Of a stretch of DNA of 64,000 nucleotides, positions 1 through 10,786 are shown piece after piece. Made by a program: the position numbers and the translations under genes. Below the pieces are notes generated by a model. The model did no database searches. It saw only the letters and a program-made list of their open reading frames with translations, and was not told the origin of the DNA. The stretch comes from Deinococcales bacterium (GTDB taxonomy: Bacteria; Deinococcota; Deinococci; Deinococcales; JAAFIG01): assembly GCA_031414595.1 (NCBI GenBank), contig JANNVX010000088.1, positions 224,001 to 288,000 of the forward strand, given 5' to 3'. Positions within the stretch are counted from its first letter, which is position 1, and every line of letters begins with the position of its first letter.

Positions 1-750
1 ACTTTTTTGTTGGTACTCGATGACCCCAAAGAACCAAAAGATGATTGTACCTCCCCTCGAGAAAATGCGCGGTTGGTGGTCTTAAACCGTGATGGGACAC
101 GCAAAGGCTGGCTCAATCTTGATTTTGCAGCTCGAGTCAATGGTCAGATTCGAGTGGTTGCTTCAGATACCGAAATTTATATTTTATATGCCGATAATGG
201 CGCTTCGTACCGCATTGCTCGGCTGGCGTTCTCGAGTTTAGTGGACGATACCAAGTCCACAAGTTTGCAGTTTTCGGAAAGCATTCCAATTTTTAGCAGT
301 CCGGGTACAAATTTAGCCTTGGCGTTTACCAATTTGGGTTTACTGGTTGGAATTGGCGGAACGAGTGGCAGGGTTATTCCAATTTCTTTTAAGGACAACA
401 AAATAGAATTGGGGGCAGAGTTACGTGAAACGACCGAAATCTCGGATGCGATAGGCGCGACCCAAGCTATTTTTTGGAATCGAGATAGCAACAGTAACTT
501 AAGTATTTTTGCAAGGGAACGCCCAGATATTTTACTACGTCGAGTAACAGGTGTGACTGCCAATAAAATCAACCGCAATTTTAACACCCAAGACGGTATT
601 TTTACCTCCGACAGCAGTTTTTGGGGCATCAGCAACAATGCTTTTTACCGACTTGATGTCTTTAATTTCCCAAACATTCAAACCCTGCAAGGACTGACCA
701 ATCTAAGTGATGCCCAAATAACTTCACTCACTTGGCTGATTGGCAATTAG
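1..750 (+). CDS. hypothetical protein, probably 5'-truncated, beta-rich
   Basis: Open frame from the window edge to TAG 750; no recognisable motif. Confidence 0.6.
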   Translation, partial: TFLLVLDDPKEPKDDCTSPRENARLVVLNRDGTRKGWLNLDFAARVNGQIRVVASDTEIYILYADNGASYRIARLAFSSLVDDTKSTSLQFSESIPIFSSPGTNLALAFTNLGLLVGIGGTSGRVIPISFKDNKIELGAELRETTEISDAIGATQAIFWNRDSNSNLSIFARERPDILLRRVTGVTANKINRNFNTQDGIFTSDSSFWGISNNAFYRLDVFNFPNIQTLQGLTNLSDAQITSLTWLIGN

Positions 751-759
751 AATGGGCTT

Positions 760-1317
760 ATGAATATCGCCGTGCTGATTTACCATGATGTCTTAGACTT
801 TGAAGTCTCGAGTGCCATGACTGCCTTTAGGACTGCCTCGCGGTTTACCGACTCGCCACTTGAGATTTTCACAATTCACCGCACCCGAGCCAGTGTGCTT
901 GGCGCAAGTGGTTTGGTCATGACCCCAAGTTATGCCATGAGCGCCGCCCCAGAACCTGATGTGCTGATTGTACCGGGCGGAGTGGGAATCGAAAAACTTT
1001 TTAAGGACAGCATCAGTAAAGATTATTTTAAGTTGCAAAAAAAACGGGTTAAGCACTTGATTCTCGGCACAAACGCAGCGCTTTTATTGGGCGAATATGG
1101 TTTACTTGAGTCTCACAGTGTCACAGCTTTTCCAACTTTGCTCGAGACCCTCTGGAAGTACAACCCGAGCGAGGTACTCGATGCTCGAAGTGTGACCGAC
1201 GCAAATTTAAGAAGCATTTCTAGGTCAAGTGCAATGCTAGAAGTCTGCTTGGAGGTAATTGACCTCGAGTTTGGCGTAGGAATACAAGTGCGGCAACACT
1301 TAGGCTTACGTTTTTAG
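760..1317 (+). CDS. DJ-1/PfpI family protein
   Basis: MNIAVLIY..DFE, PDVLIVPGG; TAGAAT 6 nt before ATG (leaderless). Confidence 0.85.
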   Translation: MNIAVLIYHDVLDFEVSSAMTAFRTASRFTDSPLEIFTIHRTRASVLGASGLVMTPSYAMSAAPEPDVLIVPGGVGIEKLFKDSISKDYFKLQKKRVKHLILGTNAALLLGEYGLLESHSVTAFPTLLETLWKYNPSEVLDARSVTDANLRSISRSSAMLEVCLEVIDLEFGVGIQVRQHLGLRF

Positions 1318-2868
1318 GCGTACTGCCAAGGCAATCCTAAACTGCATTTCAGGCAGATGGAGAGAAAATCCAATCAGGGTCTCGAGTCGTCCTAAGCGGT
1401 AAGCAAGAGTGTTTAGGTGTATACCGAGTTTCTTGGCGGTTTTAGATTGATGAAAACCAGTTTGTGCCAACATCTCGAGGGTTTGAATCAGGTCTGGGTG
1501 CGCCTCAAGAACCCCAAAAATATCTTGGAGTAAGGTTTTTGTGGCACTTGAAGTGCGGGCAGTCTCGAGGATTCGTTCAACCAGCATCTGTTCTAAACGG
1601 TGGATTCCAGCCGTTCGGGCATCTTGGGCAAGGGCTTGTAATTCTGCCACAGCATTTTTAAGATTTTCGGGCGTGGCAACACTCGAGCCAATCAAGGCAG
1701 CCGTGTTACTCAAATCTAATCGGCTGAGCAGTTTTTCGATTTTTTGGTGGTCGTCAGGAGGTAGTAGCAGTACCCGACTAAGCGATAAAGTAATCAGAGG
1801 CGCAGCACCCAAATCCTCGAGTAAGGTTGCGACTTTTCCAGCCAGTAGTTCTCTCGTTCTAAATCCTTCAAGTGTGCCTAGTACCGAATTACTAACTTCT
1901 TTAGGGGCATCGGTACGCTCGAGCAACGACAGCAGAATCGGTCGGTAACGCTGATTGGGATTGTAGCCAAGCAGTCGCGCTCGTTCTTGGAGCAGATTAT
2001 CCGAAGCCCAAGAACCACTCAGTAACGCATCCACCACATTGTAATTAAGCCTTGCCTCGATTAGTCCTCTGGTTTGTTGTTGAGCCAAATGCACCGCAAA
2101 GACCGTGGCAGCGTGAACCAGGACTCGGGACTCGAGTTCTAAAGATTGACTTCGTATCAGCCATAATGCGCCCCTAAAACCACCAGCATCACGCACCGCA
2201 CACGCCATACGGTCTATGGCAACCAATGGCTCGAGGTTTGATTCGGTGGCTTGCCAGTGCTGCGGAATACTCTGGTCTGGCAACAGTTTCTGCCACAAAG
2301 ATTCGGTATTGGCATGTGAAACAGCCAGTATTCGGCGCTGTGGGTCGGTAAAAACAATACTGGTTTTAAGAATTGTACTAAAGGCATCGGTTAAGTCTTG
2401 CAAGGATTTAGCAAAGACAGCCGCCTGAGAAATTTGGCGCTGTAAACGGTCGGCACTTTCGATCATGGCTTCTTTTTGGCGCAGTAAAACCAGAGAAATA
2501 CTTTGTGTAACATCCACAAAAGGCACTTCAAACGGCAGTTCAATCAGCGGAAAACCAAGTTCTTGGGCTGCCTCGAGCATCGGCACAGGAAAGGAATTTT
2601 GGAATCTTCCAATGGCTAGAATTAGCCCTGCTACTCCCATTTTGGCTGGGGTACTGAGAAAGGCTTTTTGGTCTTCGGTTAAGGTCGGAAAATTAACTCC
2701 GGTTGTTAAAATCAGTTCGCCACCATGCACCCAAGGTGTCCAATCGGGTTGCTCGAGAATATGTACGGTTCGCACAATTCGACTTGTACCACTGCTGCCC
2801 GCAACTATTTTTGCTTCCTCTAAAGTCTCGAGTTCTAGGACTTTGCCAACCGTGAGCGAATCTTGCAT
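1306..2868 (-). CDS. PucR family transcriptional regulator
   Basis: N-terminal PucR domain (VHILEQPD..GGELILTTG); C-terminal HTH TAKKLGIHLNTLAYRLGRL. Confidence 0.92.
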   Translation of the reverse strand: MQDSLTVGKVLELETLEEAKIVAGSSGTSRIVRTVHILEQPDWTPWVHGGELILTTGVNFPTLTEDQKAFLSTPAKMGVAGLILAIGRFQNSFPVPMLEAAQELGFPLIELPFEVPFVDVTQSISLVLLRQKEAMIESADRLQRQISQAAVFAKSLQDLTDAFSTILKTSIVFTDPQRRILAVSHANTESLWQKLLPDQSIPQHWQATESNLEPLVAIDRMACAVRDAGGFRGALWLIRSQSLELESRVLVHAATVFAVHLAQQQTRGLIEARLNYNVVDALLSGSWASDNLLQERARLLGYNPNQRYRPILLSLLERTDAPKEVSNSVLGTLEGFRTRELLAGKVATLLEDLGAAPLITLSLSRVLLLPPDDHQKIEKLLSRLDLSNTAALIGSSVATPENLKNAVAELQALAQDARTAGIHRLEQMLVERILETARTSSATKTLLQDIFGVLEAHPDLIQTLEMLAQTGFHQSKTAKKLGIHLNTLAYRLGRLETLIGFSLHLPEMQFRIALAVRLKT

Positions 2869-2884
2869 TGTGTATTTTACACAA
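2868..2884. promoter_or_regulatory. candidate PucR-family operator TTGTGTA-N3-TACACAA
   Basis: Perfect inverted repeat overlapping the regulator's -10/start, in the divergent region before the ABC operon. Confidence 0.55.
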
Positions 2885-2984
2885 ATTTACCCTATGAAAT
2901 TTAGTTGTTTTTCACCTCAAGTTTAGAAGCATGAGGATTGTAGACTTTCGGTGCATCGCAAAATCAGTTTGCTCAAAATTATTA

Positions 2985-3030
2985 TTTGCGGCAGGAGAAC
3001 CCATGTTTTTGCGGCAGGAGAACCCATGTT
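2985..3030 (+). repeat. 23-bp perfect tandem duplication of RBS and ATG
   Basis: tttgcggcaggagaacccatgtt twice (2985-3007, 3008-3030). Confidence 0.95.
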
Positions 3031-4180
3031 AAAAGTTGCAGGAGCGGTACTAGCAGTCAGTTTTGGTATTATTGGCATCTCGGCACTTGCCCAAAGTGGT
3101 ATGACCAAGCTCGGTAAGGGCGAAGGGCGTGTCGACATTGTGGCTTGGCCCGGTTATATCGAACGTGGTGCAACCGATAAAGCCTATGACTGGGTGACAA
3201 GTTTCGAGAAAAAAACTGGTTGCAAAGTCAATGTTAAAGCCGCAGGGACTTCGGACGAAATGGTGACCCTGATGAACCAAGGAGTCTATGACCTTGTAAC
3301 AGCCTCCGGTGATGCCAGCTTAAGAATGGTGGCAGGCAAAACCGTGCAACCCGTCAACATTAAATTAATTCCGAGTTATGGCAAAGTAGACCAACGCCTT
3401 CGCAACGCCCCGTGGCATGTGGTGGACGGCAAAAATTACGGCACACCTTACCAATGGGGACCGAACGTCTTGATGTACGACACCACAGTATTTGCTGTTC
3501 CCCCAGCCTCCTGGAGAGTCACTTTTGAAGAAATGACCCTGCCCGATGGCAAAAGCAACAAAGGACGGGTTCAGGCTTATGACGGACCAATTTACATTGC
3601 CGATGCTGCCTTGTACCTAATGAAAAACGATGCCAGCCTTGGTATCAAAGACCCGTATGAGCTAAACGAAGCCCAATACGCTAAAGTTCTCGAGTTGTTG
3701 CGTGGTCAGCGTCCGTTAATTCAACGCTACTGGCACGATGTCAATGTCCAAATCCAAGACTTCACTAAAGAAGGCGTGGTTGCCAGTGGTGCTTGGCCAT
3801 TCCAAGTCAACACCATGAAAGCCAATAAACAGAATATCGCCAGTACCATTCCACAAGAAGGCGCTACTGGCTGGGCAGACACCACCATGCTTGGCGCAAA
3901 ATCCAAGCACCCGAACTGTGCCTATATGTGGATGGAACACAGCCTTAACCCAGTCGTACAGGGCGATGTTTCGGCATGGTTTGGTAGTGTCCCAGCCGTC
4001 CCAGCCGCTTGTACTGCCAGCAAATTACTCGGTAAAGATGGTTGCAAAACCAACGGGTTTAACGACTTTAACAAAATTAAATTCTGGAAAACCCCAACCA
4101 CGACCTGCAAGAGCCAAGGTACATGTGTGCCGTACAACCGTTGGGTCTCGGATTATGTGGCAATCATGGGCGGAAAATAA
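3026..4180 (+). CDS. ydcS: polyamine ABC transporter substrate-binding protein
   Basis: Signal peptide; IVAWPGYIERG..YDWVTSFEKKTGCKV, TASGDASLR, EGATGWADT; RBS AGGAG. Confidence 0.9.
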   Translation: MLKVAGAVLAVSFGIIGISALAQSGMTKLGKGEGRVDIVAWPGYIERGATDKAYDWVTSFEKKTGCKVNVKAAGTSDEMVTLMNQGVYDLVTASGDASLRMVAGKTVQPVNIKLIPSYGKVDQRLRNAPWHVVDGKNYGTPYQWGPNVLMYDTTVFAVPPASWRVTFEEMTLPDGKSNKGRVQAYDGPIYIADAALYLMKNDASLGIKDPYELNEAQYAKVLELLRGQRPLIQRYWHDVNVQIQDFTKEGVVASGAWPFQVNTMKANKQNIASTIPQEGATGWADTTMLGAKSKHPNCAYMWMEHSLNPVVQGDVSAWFGSVPAVPAACTASKLLGKDGCKTNGFNDFNKIKFWKTPTTTCKSQGTCVPYNRWVSDYVAIMGGK

Positions 4181-4182
4181 AA

Positions 4183-4232
4183 GAGCTATGAGCTATGAGC
4201 TATGAGGTTTTTTAGCTCATAGCTCATAGCTC
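4183..4232. repeat. heptamer (GCTATGA)n palindromic repeat hairpin
   Basis: 20-bp perfect stem gagctatgagctatgagcta / tagctcatagctcatagctc. Confidence 0.9.
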
Positions 4233-4246
4233 GAGAAAGCCAAATT

Positions 4247-5257
4247 ATGACCCAGCATTTAACATCCAATGCCGTACTTCTCGAGTCGGTCAGTTGTACT
4301 TTTGGCACCCCTACTAAAACAGTCAAAGCCGTAGATAACGTCAGTCTCGAGATTAAGGAAGGCGAATTCTTTAGTTTGCTCGGTCCAAGCGGCAGTGGCA
4401 AAACCACCTGTTTACGTTTGATTGGTGGCTTTGAACGACCCTCAAGCGGCAGCATTCGCTTGTTCGGCACGGATGCCAGTCGCTTACCGCCTTTTTTGCG
4501 TGAACTGAACACGGTTTTTCAAGATTATGCTTTGTTTCCGCATATGACGGTAGCTGAGAATGTAGCCTATGCCTTAATGGTGCGTGGCGTAAACAAAACC
4601 GAACGCACAAAACGGGCTTTAGAGATGCTTGAATCGGTCAAACTAGGCGGTTTTGGCTCGAGACGACCCGCCCAACTGAGTGGTGGTCAACGTCAGCGTG
4701 TGGCATTGGCGCGGGCTTTGGTCAACCGTCCTCGAATTTTACTCTTGGATGAGCCGCTTGGGGCATTGGATTTGAAATTGCGTGAAGAAATGCAGATTGA
4801 ACTTAAGGCACTGCAACGTGAACTGGGAATCACTTTTATTTATGTGACCCACGACCAAGGCGAAGCCCTGAGCATGTCTGACCGCGTGGCGGTTTTTAAT
4901 CATGGCAAAATCGAGCAATTAGATGCGCCCAAAGTTTTGTACGACGCGCCCAAGACCGAATTTGTGGCGCGGTTTGTTGGCAGCGCCAATATCTTAGATG
5001 GAGCTTTGATTGGGCAAGCTGGTTTGTTTGCGCTTCGCCCCGAGAACATCCAAGTAATGCCATTACAATCTGCTTCTAAACTGCAAGGTGAACTGATAGA
5101 TATTCATTTTCTGGGCGCACAAACTCGGCTCGAGGTACAAGTCGGCAGTACCCGAATTGCGGCGCTGCAAAGTGGTGAAACACCATTGCAACGCGGACAG
5201 CAAGTCAGTTTGATATGGCAAGATTCCCATTTGCGGCAACTCGAGGTCAGGGCATGA
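4247..5257 (+). CDS. ydcT: polyamine ABC transporter ATP-binding protein (PotA family)
   Basis: Walker [21 protein letters not shown]-terminal TOBE-like domain. Confidence 0.92.
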   Translation: MTQHLTSNAVLLESVSCTFGTPTKTVKAVDNVSLEIKEGEFFSLLGPSGSGKTTCLRLIGGFERPSSGSIRLFGTDASRLPPFLRELNTVFQDYALFPHMTVAENVAYALMVRGVNKTERTKRALEMLESVKLGGFGSRRPAQLSGGQRQRVALARALVNRPRILLLDEPLGALDLKLREEMQIELKALQRELGITFIYVTHDQGEALSMSDRVAVFNHGKIEQLDAPKVLYDAPKTEFVARFVGSANILDGALIGQAGLFALRPENIQVMPLQSASKLQGELIDIHFLGAQTRLEVQVGSTRIAALQSGETPLQRGQQVSLIWQDSHLRQLEVRA

Positions 5258-6171
5258 CTGGCGTAATACAGCGTTTCTCGAGCCTACTGCATGGTCGTCC
5301 GTGGTTGGCATTGTTGCTGCTCTTAATTCCGCCGCTTTTATGGATGGGGATTATTTATATCGGTTCGTTACTCAACTTACTGATTTATAGCTTTTATTCG
5401 CTCGATGATTTTACGGGTCAAGTCAAATACGAACCAACCCTGTCTACGCTGCAACAACTCTTCACCTCGAGCAGTAACGTGGATATTGTGCAGCGAACCG
5501 TTTTTATGAGCATCGCGGTAACGGTTGCTTGCGCTGTAATTGCCTTTCCAATTGCTTATTTTATGGCGTTTCACACCAAAGGAAATTCCAAAGCCTTCTG
5601 GATTTTACTGGTGCTGTTGCCGCTCTGGAGCAGTTACTTGGTGCGCGTCTATGCTTGGAAATTGCTGCTTGCCAAAGAAGGCATCATCAGTTGGTTTTTT
5701 GACACCCTAGGCATCCGTTTTGTCTTGGACTGGATTTTAACCCTGCCTGTGATTGGCGGCTTTAGCCTAAGCTCGAGCTACTTAGGGATGTTTCTGGTCT
5801 TTGTCTATGTTTGGTTGCCTTACATGATTTTACCGATTCAAGCCAGTTTAGAACGAGTTCCCAAATCCTTACTGCAAGCCTCATCTGACCTTGGCGCAAA
5901 ACCCAATCAAACTTTTTGGAAAATTTTACTCCCCCTGACTGTTCCCGGAATCGCGGCTGGTAGTATCTTTACGTTTTCCCTGACCCTAGGCGATTACATC
6001 ATTCCCGGCGTGGTTGGCGCACCTGGTTTTTTTATTGGGCAAATGGTCTACACCCAACAAGGCACAGCCGGAAACATCCCCTTAGCCGCCGCTTTTAGTC
6101 TTGTACCCATCGTGATTATCGGCTTGTATTTGGCATTTGCCAAAAAACTGGGGGCTTTTGATGCGCTGTAA
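5254..6171 (+). CDS. ydcU: polyamine ABC transporter permease (PotB family)
   Basis: TM helices, [17 protein letters not shown]-like ASSDLGA; ATGA overlap with the ATPase. Confidence 0.9.
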   Translation: MTGVIQRFSSLLHGRPWLALLLLLIPPLLWMGIIYIGSLLNLLIYSFYSLDDFTGQVKYEPTLSTLQQLFTSSSNVDIVQRTVFMSIAVTVACAVIAFPIAYFMAFHTKGNSKAFWILLVLLPLWSSYLVRVYAWKLLLAKEGIISWFFDTLGIRFVLDWILTLPVIGGFSLSSSYLGMFLVFVYVWLPYMILPIQASLERVPKSLLQASSDLGAKPNQTFWKILLPLTVPGIAAGSIFTFSLTLGDYIIPGVVGAPGFFIGQMVYTQQGTAGNIPLAAAFSLVPIVIIGLYLAFAKKLGAFDAL

Positions 6172-6173
6172 TC

Positions 6174-6234
6174 GCTATGAGCTATGGGTTATGAGCTACG
6201 AGTCTTCAAAGCCCATAGCCCATAGCTCAAAGCC
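6174..6234. repeat. second (GCTATGA)-family heptamer hairpin
   Basis: gagctatgggttatgagct ... agcccatagcccatagctc. Confidence 0.85.
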
Positions 6235-6246
6235 AAGGGTTTCTCC

Positions 6247-7053
6247 ATGACTCAGGCTTCTTGGGGTTTACGAATTGCGGCTGGGTTATGCGTTTTATTT
6301 TTGCATTTTCCACTTTTTATTATTGTCTTGTATGCCTTTACCACCGATGATAAAACCTATGCGTTCCCACCACCGGGTTTGACCCTACACTGGTTTGGTG
6401 TGGCGGCGGCTCGATCCGATATTTGGGCAGCCCTTTGGCTTTCGGTGCGTACCGCACTTTTGGCAACCCTGCTGGCAGTGGTGCTTGGCACGATGGTTGC
6501 AGCCGCGATGTATCGGGCTAATTTTTGGGGTAAGGAAGGGATTACTTTACTGTTTATACTGCCAATAGCCCTGCCGGGGATTGTCACGGGAATTGCGCTG
6601 CTCTCGAGTATTCGTAGGGCAAACATCGAACCGGGTTTACTAACGATGGTGATTGGACATGCGACCTTTTGTATTGTCACGGTTTTTAATAATGTAGTGG
6701 CACGTTTTAGGCGAATTTCGCACAGTCAACTCGAGGCAAGCAGCGACCTTGGGGCAACGGGTTGGCAAACCTTTCGTTTTATTATTTTGCCAAACATTGC
6801 TACAGCACTGCTGGCGGGTGGTTTGTTGTCCTTTGCCTTGTCGTTTGATGAGGTGATTGTCACGACCTTCACTTCAGGCACAGAACAGACCTTGCCGATT
6901 TGGTTTTTGAATGAGTTATTTCGTCCTCGGGATCGCCCGATTACCAATGTTGTGGCAATTTTTGTGATTGCCGTGACGATGATTCCAATTTTATTGGTGC
7001 AGCGTTTGACCCAAGCGGGTGAAGATTTACATGGCGGTGGCAAAACAAGTTGA
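6247..7053 (+). CDS. ydcV: polyamine ABC transporter permease (PotC family)
   Basis: [28 protein letters not shown]. Confidence 0.9.
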   Translation: MTQASWGLRIAAGLCVLFLHFPLFIIVLYAFTTDDKTYAFPPPGLTLHWFGVAAARSDIWAALWLSVRTALLATLLAVVLGTMVAAAMYRANFWGKEGITLLFILPIALPGIVTGIALLSSIRRANIEPGLLTMVIGHATFCIVTVFNNVVARFRRISHSQLEASSDLGATGWQTFRFIILPNIATALLAGGLLSFALSFDEVIVTTFTSGTEQTLPIWFLNELFRPRDRPITNVVAIFVIAVTMIPILLVQRLTQAGEDLHGGGKTS

Positions 7054-7223
7054 ATGATCTAATGTATATTCATGCAACTTAATGTATAATTATACAGATT
7101 AGTCAAATTGGCTAAGAAAATTATCAAAGCAAGTTCATGCAGTTGCAATACTCGGGGAAGCGGCACAGCACACAATCCTCCTTCCTCCTTTATCTTTCCT
7201 CCCTAAACCCTTTAGAGGTACTT

Positions 7224-8534
7224 ATGACAGCAATCCTAGAAAAACCAGTCTCTAACAACACCGCTCTGCTCGAGTTACGCGCCGCCCATGTCCCGCGTGG
7301 TGTGTCCGCCCTGACCCCAATTTTTGCGGCTCGAGCTTCAGGCGCGAGTCTTTGGGATGTGGATGGTAAGCACTTTATAGACTTTGCGGGTGGCATTGGA
7401 GTCTTAAACACTGGGCATACCCACCCTAAAGTTGTGGCAGCCATACATAAGCAACTCGAGGCGTTTACCCATACTTGTTTTCAGGTGGTGGCTTACGAGA
7501 GTTACATCCGTTTAGCCGAAAAACTGAATTCTCTTGTACCAGTCGCCAACGGTCACAGCAACAAATCATTTTTTGTCTCTACTGGTGCTGAAGCCACCGA
7601 AAATGCAATTAAAATTGCTCGGGCATTCACCAACCGCCCTGGTATCATCAGTTTTGATAACAGTTTCCACGGACGCACTTTAATGGGCATGAGTTTAACG
7701 GGCAAGCAAAAACCGTACAAACAAAATTTCGGACCCTTTGCCCCGGAAGTCTATAAAGCCCCGTTTCCCATTCCTTACCACGGCATCAGCACCAAGGATG
7801 CCCTCAATGGTCTCGAGTTGGTATTCAACACCCAAGTAGACCCTTCGCAGGTTGCGGCAATCATTATCGAACCCGTCCAAGGCGAAGGTGGTTTTAACCC
7901 AGCCCCAGCCGCCTATCTGCGCTCTTTACGCAACATTTGCAGTAAGCACGGAATTTTATTTATCAACGATGAAATCCAATCTGGCTTTGGGCGCACTGCT
8001 AAAATGTTTGCTATTGAACACAGTGGGGTCATCCCAGACATCACCTGTACCGCTAAAAGCATCGGCGGCGGGCTACCCTTAGCCGCAATCACTGGACGCA
8101 CCGACATCATGGACGCACCACACCCCGGTGGACTGGGTGGCACATACGCGGGTAATCCTCTGGCATGTGCGGCGGCGCTGGCGGTACTCGAGATTTTTGA
8201 AGAAGAAAAAGTCCTCGAGCAAGCCCAAGCACTGGCTGCGCGTCTCGAGACTGAGCTAAAAGCTTTAGAGCAACAGTACACAGGGGTTGGTGATGTGCGC
8301 GGACTAGGCGCAATGATGGCAATTGAACTGGTTAAAGACACGGAGAGTAAAAAACCAGATGCAGACAGTGCCACAAAAATCTGTGCGGCGGCGCTCGAGC
8401 AAGGCTTAATTTTAATTAAATGTGGAATGCACGGCAATGCGATTCGGATTCTTGTGCCACTCAACGCCAGCCACCAAGAACTCGAGCAGGGATTTAGCAT
8501 CCTACGCAGTGCATTTGCCAAAGTTTACGGCTAA
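7224..8534 (+). CDS. gabT: 4-aminobutyrate aminotransferase (class III PLP enzyme)
   Basis: DFAGGIGVLNTGH, EPVQGEGG, DEIQSGFGRT, AKSIGGG; RBS GAGG before ATG 7224. Confidence 0.92.
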   Translation: MTAILEKPVSNNTALLELRAAHVPRGVSALTPIFAARASGASLWDVDGKHFIDFAGGIGVLNTGHTHPKVVAAIHKQLEAFTHTCFQVVAYESYIRLAEKLNSLVPVANGHSNKSFFVSTGAEATENAIKIARAFTNRPGIISFDNSFHGRTLMGMSLTGKQKPYKQNFGPFAPEVYKAPFPIPYHGISTKDALNGLELVFNTQVDPSQVAAIIIEPVQGEGGFNPAPAAYLRSLRNICSKHGILFINDEIQSGFGRTAKMFAIEHSGVIPDITCTAKSIGGGLPLAAITGRTDIMDAPHPGGLGGTYAGNPLACAAALAVLEIFEEEKVLEQAQALAARLETELKALEQQYTGVGDVRGLGAMMAIELVKDTESKKPDADSATKICAAALEQGLILIKCGMHGNAIRILVPLNASHQELEQGFSILRSAFAKVYG

Positions 8535-8545
8535 GGAGTTCCATT

Positions 8546-10039
8546 ATGGCAAAGAAAAAATCGGTGGTTCTCGAGCATTACCCAATGATTGTTGGTGGTC
8601 TCGAGGTTCGGCACGGACAAGAAAATTTAATTGCCCCCGCTACTGGCGAAGTGTTTGCAACCGTGGCAGTCGGTACACTCGAGGACGTAAATCAAGCGGT
8701 GGCGGCGGCGGTATTAGCCCAAAAAATTTGGGGGGCGTTATCGCCCGGTGAGCGTGGTTTAGCGCTGTGGCGCTGGGCAGATTTACTCGAGGCGAACGCC
8801 GAGCGCTTAGCCAGTTTAGAAAGTCTTAATGCGGGTAAACCAATTAAATTAGCCAAATACGGTGATATTCCGGTAGCTATTGATAACCTTCGCTATTTTG
8901 CCAGTGTCGTGCGGCGGGTCGAGGGGGCGGCTTCGGGTTCGTATGTTGGCGGCATGACCAGTTTGATTCGCCGTGAACCGGTTGGTGTGGTGGCGGCAAT
9001 CACTCCTTGGAATTATCCGATGCTGATGGCGGCTTGGAAACTTGGTCCGGCGCTGGCGGCTGGCAACGCGATTATCATTAAACCTGCCCCGAATACGCCC
9101 ATCACCACCATCGAAATGGCGCGTTTGGCGATTCAGGCTGGCTTGCCGGCTGGGTTAATCAATGTCGTGACTGGCGGCGCAGAAGTTGGCGAAGCGATGA
9201 TTCGCCACCCCAATGTCCGTATGATTAGTTTTACGGGTAGCACCCGCACTGGCAGGCGGGTCGGAGAACTGGCTGGTAACGGCGCAAAGCGCGTGACGCT
9301 CGAGCTTGGTGGTAAAGCTCCGTTCCTGGTCTTTGCTGATGCCGACCTTGAAGCCGCCGTCCAAGGCGCGGTAGCTGGGGCGTTTGTCAATGCTGGGCAA
9401 GACTGCACTGCCGCCACTCGAGTTTATGTTGAAAAAAGTGTTTACGGTAAATTTCTAAAGCGCTTTAAGGAAGTCAGCCGCACCATCCGTATCAGTGCCA
9501 ATCTGACCGACGAAAGCACCGACATGGGTCCGCTTTCCAGTGCTGCCCAACTCGAGAAGGTTCATGCTTATGTACTCAGTGCCAAAAAACAAAAAATCAA
9601 AGTCGAACTTGGTGGCGAACTCCCAACAGGAAAAGGTTTTTTCTACCCCCCAACCATTCTGAGTAACGCCCCGCAACACTCGGATGTGGTGCAAGAAGAA
9701 ATTTTTGGTCCTGTGGTGGTGGTTAATTCATTCTCGACCGAAAACGAAGCCATCGAACTTGCCAATGACATTGCTTACGGCTTAGCTGCCAGTATTTGGA
9801 CAAAAGATGTACAACGTGCCATGCGGGTTTCAAATGCCCTCGAATTCGGCACGGTCTGGGTCAATGACCATTTACCGTTGGTCTCTGAAATGCCGCACGG
9901 AGGCTTCAAAGGCAGTGGAGTCGGTAAGGACTTAAGCCATTATGCTTTAGAAGAATACAGCATTCCCAAGCATGTGATGTTTGACACGACAGGCGACCAA
10001 CGCAAAGGCTGGCATTTTACGATTTTTGGCGACCAGTAA
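8546..10039 (+). CDS. patD: aminobutyraldehyde dehydrogenase (aldehyde dehydrogenase family)
   Basis: PWNYP, FTGS, LELGGKAP, GQDCTAA, EEIFGPV, SEMPHGGFK..GKDLS..LEEY. Confidence 0.85.
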   Translation: MAKKKSVVLEHYPMIVGGLEVRHGQENLIAPATGEVFATVAVGTLEDVNQAVAAAVLAQKIWGALSPGERGLALWRWADLLEANAERLASLESLNAGKPIKLAKYGDIPVAIDNLRYFASVVRRVEGAASGSYVGGMTSLIRREPVGVVAAITPWNYPMLMAAWKLGPALAAGNAIIIKPAPNTPITTIEMARLAIQAGLPAGLINVVTGGAEVGEAMIRHPNVRMISFTGSTRTGRRVGELAGNGAKRVTLELGGKAPFLVFADADLEAAVQGAVAGAFVNAGQDCTAATRVYVEKSVYGKFLKRFKEVSRTIRISANLTDESTDMGPLSSAAQLEKVHAYVLSAKKQKIKVELGGELPTGKGFFYPPTILSNAPQHSDVVQEEIFGPVVVVNSFSTENEAIELANDIAYGLAASIWTKDVQRAMRVSNALEFGTVWVNDHLPLVSEMPHGGFKGSGVGKDLSHYALEEYSIPKHVMFDTTGDQRKGWHFTIFGDQ

Positions 10040-10045
10040 AAAGCA

Positions 10046-10084
10046 GGCAAGGGCAAAAGGCAAAAGAAGTCCCCTTTCGCCTTT
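10046..10084. repeat. (GGCAAAA)n heptamer repeat with partial inverted copy
   Basis: ggcaagggcaaaaggcaaaag ... cctttcgccttt; similar to 45270-45313. Confidence 0.65.
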
Positions 10085-10095
10085 ATACTCCCTTT

Positions 10096-10752
10096 GTGCC
10101 GTACCGACTGAATTTAACTTTGCTTTCCAAGTTTGAACAACTGCGCTTACTCGAGCCTAAAGAACGGGCTTCTTTGGTGTTGCCTCGATTGCTTCGGCGG
10201 GATGTGCTTTCGCCAGATGATTACCCAGAGGTGCTGGCACTCGAGGTGGCACTTGAGGAACACTGGGATGCTTTGGGAGCGAGTTTGAATCATGCCGTGA
10301 CTGCCAAAGAGAACCGTGATTTGCTGCACAGCCTTGATTTTGTGCAAGTTAATGCTTTTCGGCTTAAAAATATGCCTTATCAGCGCAATTTTTTTGCTTA
10401 TATTAAAGATGCCGATACCTTTGCCGCCGTGTATTTAGCCGATGCCAATGGAATCGCGCCTTATGTGGAAATGTTTACGCTGTTTCGGGAAACTAAAGAT
10501 GAAAAAATTGGCATTCTGACCTCGAGCGCAGCTTTAATCGAACTTGACCCAAGTCCAGAACTGCATTTTGTGCATCTCCCCCAAAAGCATCCCGAAGTCG
10601 TTTTTAATTTGCACCGTTCTAAGGTGATGGAATTTGGCAAAGCCAATAAACCAGCCCGTAAGCCGGAGCATTTTGAACCTGCCTACCTGGAAGTCTGGAA
10701 TGCCAATTACCGCAGTTGGATTGCTCGAGGGGTCTTAAAGGCTGTGCTTTAA
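10096..10752 (+). CDS. hypothetical protein
   Basis: 218-aa ORF; TATACT shortly before the GTG. Confidence 0.75.
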   Translation: MPYRLNLTLLSKFEQLRLLEPKERASLVLPRLLRRDVLSPDDYPEVLALEVALEEHWDALGASLNHAVTAKENRDLLHSLDFVQVNAFRLKNMPYQRNFFAYIKDADTFAAVYLADANGIAPYVEMFTLFRETKDEKIGILTSSAALIELDPSPELHFVHLPQKHPEVVFNLHRSKVMEFGKANKPARKPEHFEPAYLEVWNANYRSWIARGVLKAVL

Positions 10753-10786
10753 GACGCAAAAAATCAAAACACTGTAAAGAGTAAGA

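Noticed and set aside
7913-8521. Long antisense ORFs (also 30180-30779, 24789-25316, 60181-60744)
   Set aside because: Shadow frames of well-supported genes on the opposite strand
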